NCBI RefSeq assembly: GCF_006345805.1
Contig: NC_043000.1
Coordinates: 111,910,001-111,974,000 of the forward strand
Reading direction: 5' to 3'
Source: Octopus sinensis
Taxonomy: Eukaryota
Length of the DNA stretch: 64,000 bases
Under the pieces are notes generated by a model. That model was not told the DNA's origin. It searched no databases and saw only the letters and a program-made list of their open reading frames with translations. Made by a program: the position numbers and the translations under genes. This document shows positions 1 through 14,147 of the stretch, piece by piece (the first letter of the stretch is position 1; each line of letters opens with the position of its first letter).

Positions 1-558
1 CTGGCACGGAAGCCAGTTGGCTGCTCTGGCAACGATCATGCTCGGATGGTGCTCTTTGCACCCTGCTAGCATGGACGCCAGTCATCGAATTTGATTTTGA
101 TTTTGAAACAGATGAGTCATGGTTGGAATATATGTGTAAAGGTTGGAACAAGTGTGTAAAGGTAGAAACACAAGTGTAAAAACAAAAAGAGACATGTGTC
201 TATAGATGGGGAAGGTCGTGTCAGTATAGAGGTAAGTATAACAAGGAGAGATGGGTAGAGATAGGGGACGGATTATTCTAATGACCAGGATAAATGTGTT
301 GAGATAGAGATGTGATCGGAAAGAAATTGATGTGTGAATATTTGTGAAGATGTGTAAAGTGAGGAGAGAATGTATAGAATTATTTACAGGTGTGTAAAGA
401 TAGGACCAAGCCCCAGCCATCACACACAAGTGAGTATGACCTGGTAGCATGTATCTTGCCTTCATTGAATGTTTTAGGTGCCTGTAGAGCCATGTGCAGA
501 CACAGGCTCCCTCTTGGCTCTCCAGCTCTTGACCAGCAGAAAATCAAGATGGACTATT

Positions 559-624
<66 letters not shown>

Positions 625-782
625 AAGAGAGAGAGAGAGAGAGAGAGCTGTAATAGCACCAGGCAGATACTCATTTCAACTGAGTAGACAGAAACAATGT
701 GAAATGTCTTACTTAAGGGATACAAAACAATTCCCAATCCGGAATTTGAACCTGTACTCTCTCTCTCTCTCTCTCTCTCTCG

Positions 783-818
<36 letters not shown>

Positions 819-822
<4 letters not shown>

Positions 823-922
823 AAATAAGCAACAAAGATACCCAAGGTAGTGTAGTACAATTGTTTCATTTTGATTACAATTGTACCACACTACCTTGGA
901 TATCCTTGTTGCTTATTTTGAT
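819..922. repeat. Hairpin with about 46-bp arms
   Basis: ATCAAAATAAGCAAC...TACAATTGT versus ACAATTGTA...GTTGCTTATTTTGAT, a few mismatches. Confidence 0.9.
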
Positions 923-1122
923 TATAATCACCCCATTTGATTTATATAGATAATATCATACAAAATTTTGGTGCCTTTAACTTAAGTACCATATTCATCT
1001 GAATCTAAATTTTGCTGAGCCTAAATATATATATATATAACTGTTCTTATCTTTGCATGAAATTTTGTAGTCTAGTATAGAGAGGTGTTATTTACTATTT
1101 TTTGTGTGTACCACACAAATGG

Positions 1123-1187
<65 letters not shown>

Positions 1188-1751
1188 CATTAATCAAATG
1201 AATTCAATGAGAATGCAATCTACTGAATTTCTAATAAGTGCTCTTGGTAGGGAAATGTCTGAAACATTAAAGGTAGTTTGACATTTAATAAGAGCGATTA
1301 TATATTATATTACAAAATAAGAGCAGGAAAATTACATCAAAAAATCATCACAGGAGATATACGTCCAAAATAATATTGTATTAATAGATAGACGTATAAA
1401 TATATAAAGTATGATTATTTAAAAAAGTTTTAAATATCATACGATAGTTTTGTGAATGTTTTACCTTTCGAAATGGAATCTAAAATTGATAATCATTATT
1501 TGGTAATACATCCACTCATCAGAGAGAAAGGGTGAATTGCCGTGTAGTCAATAGAATGCTATTTAAAAATTTATGAAAAGGATGTTGTTTAAGAAGTTAC
1601 TGGCATAGATGTGCATTGGTACAATCTTGTGTAAAGAATTTTGATGGAAGGAACAGTCCCAACATGCAACCCCCCCATTGTTTTCATGCTTTTGAATCTG
1701 CTTAGTGTTGAGACTTCACTCTGTTTTGAGTACTATGGTGACCTATCATAT

Positions 1752-1782
<31 letters not shown>

Positions 1783-4077
1783 GCTGTATTGAAGTATGTA
1801 TAAACAGAAACACTTGTGTAAACATAAATAGGTCAGAGAAAAAGTATTTTCTGACAAAAAATTTTTCTCATGCCCAGTAGATTCTATTGGGATATAAATG
1901 TAAAGATATTGGTTGAGAGAAAGAAGATAAAAAAAATGACAAGATTTGAACCAAGGATTCTAGATAATGGAACAGTAAATAATCACACAAACTGCTCTAA
2001 CTTGAAAAATTAAAAGAATGTTTAATACTATTGTTAACTTAAGGTGGTGAGCTGACAGAATCGTTAGCACGCCAAGTGAAATGCTTAGCGGTATTTCATC
2101 TGTCTTTATGTTCTGAGTTCAAATTCCACTGAGATTGACTTTCCTTTTCATCCTCTCAGGGTTGAAAAAATAAGTACCTGTTGTGTACTGGTGTTGATCC
2201 AATCAGCTTATCCCCTCCCCCTAATATTGCTGGCCTTGTGCCAAACTTTGAAACCAGTATCACTGTTAACTTTAAGGTGGTGAGCTGGTGGGTCCTCAGA
2301 TTCGGTGGGCGCAGTGAGTCCTCAGATTCAAGATGGTACTTCTTCCTCTCAAAGAACAAGTACAATATTTTACTTTACAAATTTAAAGTAGCGCAGCAAA
2401 GATGGTTCAGTTTCTCACAAACAAATCACTTTCATTGTCCTTTAACGGGAACACATTAAAAGAGGAGAAATATGTAAGATGCATGATGGTGAAATGGCAG
2501 TGATGTAAGGACAAGTGAATGTAGAGGGCTTATGGGAGGGGGGTATGTATAAGGTGTGTGTGGTGTGGGTCATTCAAACTATGGAATGCTGGAGCTAAAT
2601 ACCACGAGGTATTTGGTGCCAATTCTGCTCTGCCAAGTCTTCTACAAACCACTTCAATCTTGGTATCTAACTGAGGCACAAAGTCACAGATTTGATGGGA
2701 AGGGTGGGGGAGGAATAGGGGATTATATTGATCCCAGTATTTGGCTGAACTTACTTTGTAAGTGCCAGAGGGAGAGGGGCAAAGGTGACCCCAACAGAAA
2801 AGGGCCAAAACTAAATGCTGCAAGGTATTCTGTTAGATACTGCAATGATTCTGCCAACCCTACCACCACCACCAACATCGCCGCCGCCACCACCATCCTT
2901 AACATCAATAATAACAATAATTTTTGCTTAAAATTATCATATTTGAAAGGATAAAAGACACATGGGCAAATTAGATGCCCACCACCACCTCACCCAATAC
3001 CAGCAGCTCATATTCAGGGGAAAAAGGTTTTTAATGCATCAAAGCTTTTAATATTTGGTCAAACTTTGCATTTTGGAACTGAGAGAGATTTTTGAGATTT
3101 TTTCAAAAAAAAAAAATCATGCATCTGATATTCCATCACATATGGTAATTAGTCAACAATTAGTGTTGCTATTCACTAATGAGAAAATAAGCAGTTATTT
3201 TCATTACATTTCAATATGCAAAAACACAATTAAAATACTGAAAGCTTTTTTTATCTCATTAAGTTAATTGAATTTGAGGATGTTTTAGAAAAGAAAGCCT
3301 GTGGCATAATGGTTGAGGTGTTGTACTCATGATTACAAGATTGTGGTTTCAATTCCTAGATTGCTCCAGTCTACTAAGCTGTAAAGGAATTCCAGCAATA
3401 GCTGGTAAGTTAACCCTGCAATGGACTGGCATCCCATCTAGGAGGGAGTACTGGGATCTTGGTCAATCACATGTCATGGAAATCAAGTAACCGGCCCAGT
3501 GACTCCTAGCACTCGTTATAATAATTTCCAGTAGTTGATGATGATGATGATAATGAATCAATGAGAGGGTTTCTATATGGTCATGCAACCTGTTAGTAAT
3601 AACAGCCAAACCTCTTTTAAATCACACCCCACAAGCACAAGTTTTACGGCCCTACACATTCTCTACAAAGTCAGGGTGGTCACAGATGGAATAATTCTGT
3701 TCAGGGTTACTTGGGGTTAAATACTTTAGTTGTCAGTTGTACGTATGTAAAATGCTAGAAAGTTTGTACGTGTGTTTTGTCTGTGATTGCTATCTTAGGC
3801 ATGATGGCTCCACAGAGCTACGGACGCAGATATTAGGCACAGACTTGTAAATCTAGAACAATAAATAGGATGTATTAAAAAAAATATATTCACTTGGAAC
3901 TTTCGATAAAAGGGAGAGGAAAGGAGGGAGGGAAGGAAGGAAGGAGGGAAAGAAGGAAGGAAGAAACAATGGTGTTGCCATAGTGATAGAATGTATGAGA
4001 GTTTAGGACTGAATCCTTCTTTGAGGCTTGGAATCACTATTTCTCTAGTTTCAATATAGAGTAAAGTTCAGTCTGGT

Positions 4078-4131
<54 letters not shown>

Positions 4132-4468
4132 ATTACATAAACACTTTCAGTTTGACAAACTCTTTCTTTCATACAAATTCATAAATGCATATACTAATGT
4201 GTGTGTGTGTATGTGTGTATATGTATATTTATGTATGTATACATTCTCACATAATTTTATTCACACAAATTCTCTCTCTTTCTCTCTCACGTAAACACAC
4301 ACATACCAGATACATTTCCTCATGCATAATCACACACACACAGAAATACTTTTACATATACACACCCTCTTTATATAATTATATTCACACATACACAGAC
4401 ATATATATATATAATATACATACATGCATATATATATATATATATATATATGCCCATGTACATAATTA

Positions 4469-4501
<33 letters not shown>

Positions 4502-4602
4502 CTTCACTCATATTTACACAGACATAGAAATACACACTCACACACATACATTCCCTCTGATATAATCACAGACAAATACACAGACACATATACATATGCA
4601 TC

Positions 4603-4642
<40 letters not shown>

Positions 4643-5914
4643 TGCATGTTCCCACATACTTACCCTCTCACATAACTGCTTACAAACACACACACACACA
4701 CACGCTCACACCCACATCCCCACACCCCCACACACTGCCATTCTATCCAAACCCAAATCTGTGCCACTCCATTATATAAGAGATCAGTATTGTTCTTGTT
4801 GTTGTTATGGCCAGCTAATAACCTTGGCATATTTTCCCCAGCGTCTGTTTGGTCATAAGCTCACAATTGCTCCATGCTGCAATGGGTTTGATAGGTTTAG
4901 AAATTTAGATATTTAAATGGAAATTTTAAAACAACCATTTATAGCTGTTATTGTTTCTCTTTTCTGAAAAACTATTGTTTTGCAACTTGTTCTGGTCATT
5001 GGTCTGTGGCCAGGCTGGGGCACCACCTTGAAGGGTTTAGTCAAGCAAATTATGTTTTCTGAAGTATATCAGTCTCTTTGGACAAACTGCTAAGTCATGG
5101 GAATGTAAACAAACCGAGACCAGATATCAAGTGGTGGTGGTGGTGGGGAAATCACAAAGACAAATACACGCACACATAAATACTGACATACACACACATT
5201 CAAATATATATATGTATACACACACACATCATCATCATTATCATCATCATCGTTTAACATCTGCTTTCCATACTGGCATGGGTTGAACGATTTGACTAGG
5301 GACTGGCAAGCCAGGCTCCGATCTGATCTGACAAGATTTCTACAGCTGGATGCTCTTTCTAATGCCAACCACTCTGAGAATAGTGCTTATTGCGTGCCTC
5401 CAGCATGGGAACCAGTCAGGTGGCATTGGCATCGGCCACGTTCAGATGGTGCTTTTTACCAGGTGGGTTTAGCAGAGATTGTAAGATTAGGGCTTATGGT
5501 AGCAATTGTTCTAGCGATGCTGGAAATGCCAAGATTGTATGTGAGTGAGGTACAAGTGTGAAGTATATATATGACAGTCTGATATGAGTTTGATTTGGTT
5601 TAGTTAGAGAAAACAGCCAGAATGAAATAGTAAAACAGCTGAGTAATGTCTGGTGTTGGCAGAAAGAACTCCAATAAAGTCTTCTATGATAAAACATTTT
5701 ACCTTAACACAGAATATGTTGGTGTCTCAGTTATCTACCTGTCTATCTGAATACCTGCCAATCTCTCTAAATGTGTGTTTGTCTTATTCATACATCAATG
5801 CTATGATGAATAACTTTCAATCACAATACATACATACATACATACATACATGCACACACACATACACACATACACACATACACACATACATACATACATC
5901 ATACATACATACAT

Positions 5915-6207
5915 GATGGTTGCCCCCTCGTTATCGGGTATGACCATTGCACGAAGTTTAACTGTTACTGGTGCTGAGATTGAATGTGACTTTTTAGCCC
6001 AGCTAAAGATCTACAATGTCTTGTACAGAATTGGCAACTGAGACCTTTACCGGCAGTAGCCAGCTGTAGTTGTAACTGGGCTTCATGTACCTTTGTATGC
6101 CGTTTAAGTCGTACTGCCGAATTACACTCTCTTCCATATGCCTGACAGACATGATTAGTATGGTGTCTAACATCACCACCAGTGGCCAGGTTGTCACTCA
6201 TCTGTCA
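5915..6207 (-). mobile_element. Non-LTR retrotransposon 3' end with two C2H2-like fingers (RTE-like)
   Basis: C..YGRECNSAVRLKRHTKVH and CQFCTRHCRSLAGLKSHIQSQH, short 3'UTR, flanked by (TACA)n on both sides. Confidence 0.65.
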
Positions 6208-6680
6208 CATACATACCTACCTACTACATACATACATACATACATACATACATACATACATACACACGCACATACATATATGTATGTATATCAGCGTTTA
6301 TTTTTGTCAGTTTTTTTAGAAAAGCATTTTAACATTAAACTGGAGAATCACTGAATACTTTCTAGTAGAGTACATATTTATTAATCTTTTACAAGAAGTA
6401 GGTTGACAGTAACTTCGAAGTTTCAATCAAATAGCTTTCATTGGACAGTTCGGTGTAGGCGAGCAGACTGAAGCTTCCAATTCACTATCACCCTTGTCCT
6501 GGTAAAATTTTGATAAATATACACATACACACACATACACACATGCACGCACACATAAATGTTGATCAGTAACTGGATTTGTTAGACTCTAGGAATATCA
6601 ATATGTAGGACACCAGGAATGGCAGAGTACAAAGTACTGAGCTTGCAGTAAGGTAAAACAACTCTTAGCTGTCATTTGTT

Positions 6681-7078
6681 GGTGGTACGTGTGGTAAGTA
6701 GCTTGTTTACCAACCACATGGTTTCGGGTTCAGTCCCACTGCGTGGCACCTTGGCCAAGTGTCTTCTACTATAGCCTCGGGCCGACCAAAGCCTTGTGAG
6801 TGGATTTGGCAGACAGAAACTGAAAGAAGCCCGTCGTATATATGTATATATATATGCGTGTGTGTGTTTGTCTGAGTGTGTTTGTCCCCCTAGCATTGCT
6901 TGACAACCGATGCTGGTGTGTTTATGTCCCCGTTACTTAGCGGTTCAGCAAAAGAGACCGATAGAATAAGTACTGGGCTTACAAAAGAATAAGTCCCGGG
7001 GTCGAGTTGCTCGATTAAAGGCGGTGCTCCAGCATGGCCGCAGTCAAATGACTGAAACAAGTAAAAGAGTAAAAGAGT
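6681..7078 (+). mobile_element. tRNA-derived SINE (family C, CORE-like central domain), near full length
   Basis: A box ..GTGTGGTAAG, B box GGTTCAGTCCC, GCACCTTGGCCAAGTGTCTT core and GAGTAAAA tail. Other copies or fragments near 4985, 16595, 34670, 35275, 37240, 39895-40305, 54720 and 60390. Confidence 0.85.
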
Positions 7079-7346
7079 ATATATATAATACAAATAAGAA
7101 AATGGAGAAGCAATTTAGTTTGTTCATCAACTTTTGGATATTAGAATGTTGAATTTTTTATTCATATAACAAAATGAGAACCTTAATAGCATACTTATGT
7201 ATCTTATAATTCAATACATATAAGATAAGAATACAAATTATAAAAATGATAATATAAATTATTGAAATCATTAAAATCACTCCTTACAGCTGTTTCAGCC
7301 TATGGTTAAAAGCAGTTATTTTTATTTTTATTGCCTATAGTTGTCA

Positions 7347-7377
<31 letters not shown>

Positions 7378-7655
7378 TACACACAGAGGAACCAAATCCA
7401 ATATAAACCTTACTTGTTTATGTATTTAAAATTTACCTGATGATGGTGGGTTTTTGCCATGATGTAATTTAAAAATGTATCTATAAAATGCTTCTGAAAC
7501 TGCTGTTGTGAATTTTGAACCCCACTCATGTTCTTCTTTTATAAACATGCATACACACACATACATATTTACAGTCCGTTTCATCTAATTGCAATGTCTA
7601 TTTGTGTATTTCACCATTTGCATCTATCAACATGTGTCTCCATCTATCGTTGCAG

Positions 7656-7787
7656 CTGAAGGTGTTGTGTAGTCACCTTGACAACGGCATTGACCTTGCG
7701 GCTGAAGTGAAGCAGTCCATACTAAACACCGTGAAAGAATCTGACCAAAAACGATTATCAGAAAGTCTGAACTCCCCTTCTGACTGA
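7656..7787 (+). CDS. Putative terminal coding exon of an unidentified gene (LKVLCSHLDNGIDLAAEVKQSILNTVKESDQKRLSESLNSPSD*)
   Basis: Acceptor ctccatctatcgttgcag|, 43 open codons with protein-like composition and locally higher GC, then TGA. Upstream exons not established. Confidence 0.45.
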   Translation: MKVLCSHLDNGIDLAAEVKQSILNTVKESDQKRLSESLNSPSD

Positions 7788-7879
7788 CAAATACACCAGC
7801 CAAGCCACCAATTTACCAATTCACCAATCAACCAAACCACAACCCAATCTTTCATAAGACATTACCTCATGCAAACTCT

Positions 7880-8850
7880 GTCTACCCGGTGTTCACTGAC
7901 CATCACAATATGACACAGTATACAGCACAGAACAGACCAATGGTCACAACTAACAATTACACCCTGGTACAGTATATAACACAAAACTGATCATTAATCA
8001 CTATAAACCATCAGAATACGATACAGTATATAACACAGCCCTGACCACTGGTCACTACTATTACACAGAACACAGAACTGATTATTGGTCACTATGAACT
8101 AATACATTATGATACAGTATACAACATGACACTGACCACCAGTCATTAATAACTACTATAGTATGATACAGTATACAATATAGCTGACACCACTGTATGC
8201 AACACAGCACTGACCACTGGACAATCGTAAAAATTACAGTATGATATAGTATGTTACATAGTTCTGATCGCTGGCCACTACTGATAATTATATGATATGG
8301 TTTACAACAAGCTTTGATGGCTAGTGGTCACAACTCACCATTGCACTATGATGTAGTTTACATCACTGACCCCTAGTCACTCTTATTACAGTATGATACA
8401 TTATACTTTGATGACTAATGGTCACTGTCAACTACTACTGTATGATACAATAAATGAGAAAGCACAGACTACTGGTTAGTCATAACTACTGTGGTATGAT
8501 ATGGTATGCAAAACTGACCGCTGGCCTCTGTTACTGTATGGTACAGTGTATAACACAGCTTTGACCATTAATCATTACGTTTAGAGTAAGACACAGTTTA
8601 CAATACCACACTGACCACTATTACAGCACGTGACACAGTACTGACCATTGGTCACTACAACTGCAGTGTGATACAATATCTAACGTTGGTCACTATTAAC
8701 CATTACAGTAATATGTGGTATGCAACACAACATTGGTCACTACTAACCACTTATTACTAACTGGTACAGTATGGCACAGCATAAGACACTGCTTTGACCA
8801 CTGGTCACTACAGAGCATTACAGTATACAACACTGACGGCTGGTCAATAC
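7880..8850. repeat. Highly degenerate tandem array (about 40-60-bp units)
   Basis: Recurrent CAGTATGATACAGTATACAAC and CTGACCACTGGTCACTA motifs, roughly 15 or more times. Confidence 0.7.
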
Positions 8851-9366
8851 CAACAATTATAAGAAATAAATTGATTGGATCACACATAAACACAATTAAA
8901 AATACATCTCATTCACACACACACACAAACACACATACATACAAACATACTGGTCTGTACATATTCACACACATACAAATGCACATACTCCCGCAACACA
9001 TCCACACACACACCACACATGTCGTTTGACAAGAGTAATATATATATATATATATGTATATATATATTCTAGTTTCAATCTCTGATTGAAACTAGTTCAC
9101 TTCTGTGGCTAACATCCTTGAGAACAGGCATGAACGTCACACAATCACGTGTTTCCCCTGTACCTCATGTTAATAGGGCTAATCACATCTTAATCATTCA
9201 TTAAAGCCATGTTAATTATTTATTATACTCACCTTTACCTCAATGATAACCATTTCCATATCAACCCTCTGTCTAATAATTGGCTGCACACCGTATATCC
9301 ATAAACACAGGCTACATATAACAACTAGTGACCATATGACTCTGGGACTATTTAGCAGACTATAAA

Positions 9367-9402
<36 letters not shown>

Positions 9403-9404
<2 letters not shown>

Positions 9405-9844
9405 TCACTCTTTCTTTGTGGATGAATGATGTGGGAATTTTTGCAGTTTTTCAGATGTTCTACTTTAAAATGTTGATAATTGGCCTCCATGTTCAACGAG
9501 ACATCCAGAAAACTAATCAACGAGTGATAAATAGATTTATCCACCAAATGAGGTGTTAAATACTCATTTACCACTATCGTGTGCATGCATGTATGCATGT
9601 GTGTGTGTGTGTGTGTGTGTGTTGTGTGTGTGTGTGGTGTGGTGTGTGTGTGGTCACTCTTTCTTTGTGGATGAATGATGTGGGAATTTTTGCAGTTTTT
9701 CAGATGTTCTACTTTAAAATGTTGATAATTGGCCTCCATGTTCAACGAGACATCCAGAAAACTAATCAACGAGTGATAAATAGATTTATCCACCAAATGA
9801 GGTGTTAAATACTCATTTACCACTATCGTGTGCATGCATGTATG

Positions 9845-9847
<3 letters not shown>
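9403..9847. repeat. Tandem duplication, 249-bp period, bounded by (GT)n tracts
   Basis: The 196-bp unique block at 9403-9598 is repeated at 9652-9847, identical by eye. Confidence 0.95.
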
Positions 9848-9899
<52 letters not shown>

Positions 9900-10647
9900 A
9901 TGTGTGTGTGTACATGATTGAGTGAGAAAACAAAAGAAAACGGCATTTAATACACTCAACGCATTTAATTGGAGTTTTATGTATTTAATAACAGTTTGCC
10001 TTAGCTCCATGTTATTTAGTTTACTTCAAGCCATTGGCTATCGATAAACAGACTAACCCACCCCTCAACCAGGCTGGTCTACGTACAATGCCAGGGTATA
10101 TTATTTCTATGTCCAGTACTGATTACAGCCTAGTATCAATCATGCTGGTCACACAAACTCATATATAATATGACACCCTCGTATTGGTTACAACCCCATG
10201 TGGTGATTGTTATCACTGAAATACTACCCCAGAAGAATGCCAATATGCTGTTTAATGCACCATGTGAAGCTTCCAATTAAGGATATAATATTGCTATGAT
10301 AGTAAAAATAGGCACAGGAACTGAACTGACCAATGGAGGCTGAAACGCTCTCACCTGGACGCCATTTAAATTTCTTTTAAACTATATTCCATTCTGTCTC
10401 TAAACATTTATGAGGTGGATGTGTTCTGTGTCCATGGAACTTTAAGTATAACGTGGAGCTCAGTCAAACTGTTATCACACACACACACACACACAACTTT
10501 TAATACTCTACAATGGATATTTGTGAATTTGCACATGTATATCCAGCAACAGGAAAAGTCCTACAGTAAGATACCATTTGGTAGCTGATACCCAGGGAGG
10601 AGCTTTAGAAAGCACTTTATAAGGTTATTACCCGGTTAATAATAAAT

Positions 10648-10694
<47 letters not shown>

Positions 10695-10709
10695 ATACAT
10701 GTATATATA

Positions 10710-10813
<104 letters not shown>

Positions 10814-11133
10814 TAGATATTTGTATGTAATACAGGCTATATAGCTAACACATAGAGAGAGAAAATGTATACATAAACTACACTTTCTCTCCCCCTATAT
10901 ATATATATATATATATTGATAAAAATGGTAAGGCAACAAAAGAATGAAAGAGACCTTGATATTATGTAAATAGAGGAATTACATTTACAGATATATATAT
11001 ATATATATCTGTATGTATACCTACCTACTGATTGTATAACTGCTGATTATGTATACATTTGACAAGTGATCATAAATGTATAAATCTCTGATTGCTTAGC
11101 TAACTGATGATTATATAAGACTGTTGACTACAC

Positions 11134-11134
<1 letters not shown>

Positions 11135-11164
<30 letters not shown>

Positions 11165-11355
11165 TGTATGCATGCATGCATGCATGTATGTATGTATGTA
11201 TGTATGTATGAGTGTATGTATGTATGTATGCATGTATGTATGTATGTATGTATGCATGTATGTATGTATGTATGTATGAGTGTATGTATGTATGTATGTA
11301 TGTATGTATGTATGTATGTATGCATGTATATATATATGTATGTATGTATGAGTGT
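11135..11355. repeat. (TATG)n microsatellite
   Basis: Direct reading. Confidence 0.95.
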
Positions 11356-11597
11356 ATGTAAGAGACAAAGAGAAGGAGAGAATAAGTAAACATGTGGATA
11401 GATAAAGTGCACAACGTAGTTTCAGGTTCAATTCCAGCGTGCTGTCACTTGCGCAATTATCCCCAACCGTAGCCTTGGGCTGACCAATTCCTTGAGAATG
11501 CAATTTGGTCAATAGAAACTGTACAGAAGCTCTTCATGTACATATTTAACTAACAACCCTTATTGAGCTTCACAGTTTAGTACTAAAACAATACACA

Positions 11598-11629
<32 letters not shown>

Positions 11630-12434
11630 TATAAACTATACCTCTTATATTTTGGTCTGTGAGATCATGTTTTACCAATTCCATTGACTCTTACCATCAT
11701 AAATCATTTCAAATTTCTCCATGTTTTTTATTACTTTTTTAAACATATTTTTGTTATTGCAGGGTTTTTTTTTATTGTTTTATAAAATATAATTAACGAT
11801 TAAATATTTAATTTTGCTGAAATGCTGCTCACTTAATTAAAGACAAGAGAAGTACCTGTAATATACTGTGGGTTAACCATTTATGCAGTTGCTCAACAAA
11901 ACTGGTCTTCTACTTAACAAAGGTGTTTTTTCTTAAATTTTACACTGTTGATGTTCTTTTTTTTTTGTTTTGGTGATATTTATTAATTTTTTGGTGGGTG
12001 GGGGGATGGAAAATGATGGTGAAAGCATGTGGCCTAGTGATATGGGAATTGTGGTTTCAATTCCCAAACCGGGCAGTGTGTCTTGTTCTTGAGCGAGACA
12101 CTTCATTTCACATTGTTGCAGTCCACTAGGCTGTAAATGACTGACCCTCTGACTAACCGGCATCCTCTTCAGTGGGTATGTTGCGATCTTCATCATTCAC
12201 AGGCCATGGAAACCAGCCATAGGAATCACAAGACTTAAAGCAGGAATGTGCAGGGTTTGTTGTTATTGTTGTTGATGATGATGACGATGACGACGACGAT
12301 GATGGAGTCCCTTGCAGTGTGATGATTTGTTATGGCACATAATGTTTGAGTTCAAACCCTACAGCTGGAATCAACTTTGATTACCCTCCTGGCAAATTGG
12401 CCGAGGGTCAAACAGAATGCCTTGTGGTATTTAA

Positions 12435-12665
12435 GGCGGCGAGCTGGCAGAAACGTTAGCACATCGAGCCAAATGCGTAGCCGTATTTCGTCTGTCTTTA
12501 CGTTCTGAGTTCAAATTCCGCCGAGGTCGACTTTGCCTTTCATCCTTTCGGGGTTGATTAAATAAGTACCAATTACACACTGGGGTCGATATAATCGACT
12601 TAATCCATTTGTCTGTCCTTGTTTGTCCCCTCTGTGTGTAGCCCCTTGTGGGTAGTAAAGAAATA
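12435..12665 (+). mobile_element. tRNA-derived SINE (family B), full length with 8-bp TSD GGTATTTA
   Basis: GAGCTGGCAGAA A box, GAGTTCAAATTCC B box, GCCTTTCATCCTTTCGGGG domain; TSD at 12426-12433 and 12666-12673. Confidence 0.88.
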
Positions 12666-13481
12666 GGTATTTATTCCAGTACTATGCATTCTGAGATTAA
12701 CATTGTCTTTTATCCTTCCAGGGTGGATGAGTAAAGGTAACCATTCTAAAGTGCTGGACTGGCATAAAAACTATCAGAGTACTGGATGCTTTGAGGGATT
12801 TTTTTGTGGCCCTTTGTGTTCTGGGTTCAAATCCTGTCTTTACCTACTTACATTTAATCCCTAGGCCACTTTAACATCACCATCTGGTCATTGGGTGCCT
12901 TTAGATGACACCATTGTTTTGCAAACATTCTGGTCAGGTTTGGGCATCACCTGGTGACCCTTACAAGTCTTGGGACCCACTTCTGATCTATGTATGTTGT
13001 GACTTGCTGTCGATAAGTAAATATATACCACAGGGCTCAATGCATTGATTTGCCTGGAGGTTTATAGTGCTGCTAAGTGGACCCTACTTTCATCCCCCGT
13101 TGTTGGTTCATCCCTATTTTTTATACATTATTATTTATTGATATTTTAGGAAATTATTTTCTTTCCTTCTTTATTCTTGTTTGGCAAGAAGAAATTTGTC
13201 CATTTTTTTTGACAGGAAATCACTGTAGCCATTGGTCAATTGACACCTTTCACTCGCAATGCCCGCTCCTTCTGCTTCATATCCTGGCATAAGACAAAAC
13301 ACACACACACACACACACGCATACACAAAACAAAGCTGATTCTGGCTTAACTCCGCCAATTCTAATTGGATAAAACAAAACCCTGGAGGGGAATTAACAA
13401 AGGTAATTGCTGGGAATTAGATACAAGTGACTCCAAAACTTCAGTCTTTCATGATGCAGTAGGCCTTAAATAATAACAATA

Positions 13482-13512
<31 letters not shown>

Positions 13513-13907
13513 GAGATTGCAAAGATTGTAAGAAAAGCCTTCAATATCTAAGGAAACTGGTTGTGACACAGGATCAAGGACATTGATTCCAAATGTAAAA
13601 CATTCGTGCATAGCATGAATAGTAATAATAATAATAGTAATAATAATAATAGCAACAACAACACCAACACAGCAACAGGAACAACAACAATCTAAGCTCT
13701 TGAATTAATCAAATCCATGATCAAGTTTCAGTCCTTGGCTATGGTGTTTCACTTCCATGCTTCGGTAAGCCATGAACCTCACAACATCTCATCACAACTT
13801 CCCTATAAATCTAAGACTTTGTGCCAACAGTTTATATTAACATTTTTGCAGTTACGATTTTGTTAATCTTTTATATTCTTCTTCTTCTTCTTATTATTAT
13901 TATTATT

Positions 13908-14115
13908 AAGGTGGTGAGCCAGCAGAATCATTACCATCCCAGGCTAAATGCTTAGCAGAATTTCGTCCGTCTTTACATTCTGAGTTCAAGTTCAATCAAG
14001 GTTGACTTTGCCTTTCATCCTTTCAGGGTTGATAAAATAAGGACCAGTTGAGTACTGGGGTCGATGTAATTGACTTACCCACTCCCCCAAAATTGCTGGC
14101 TTTGTGTCAAAATTT

Positions 14116-14147
<32 letters not shown>

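Noticed and set aside
390-429. Candidate 40-nt plus-strand exon (ttacag|...|GTGAGT)
   Set aside because: Good splice sites, but no recognisable peptide and no consistent chain to 7656; left unassigned.
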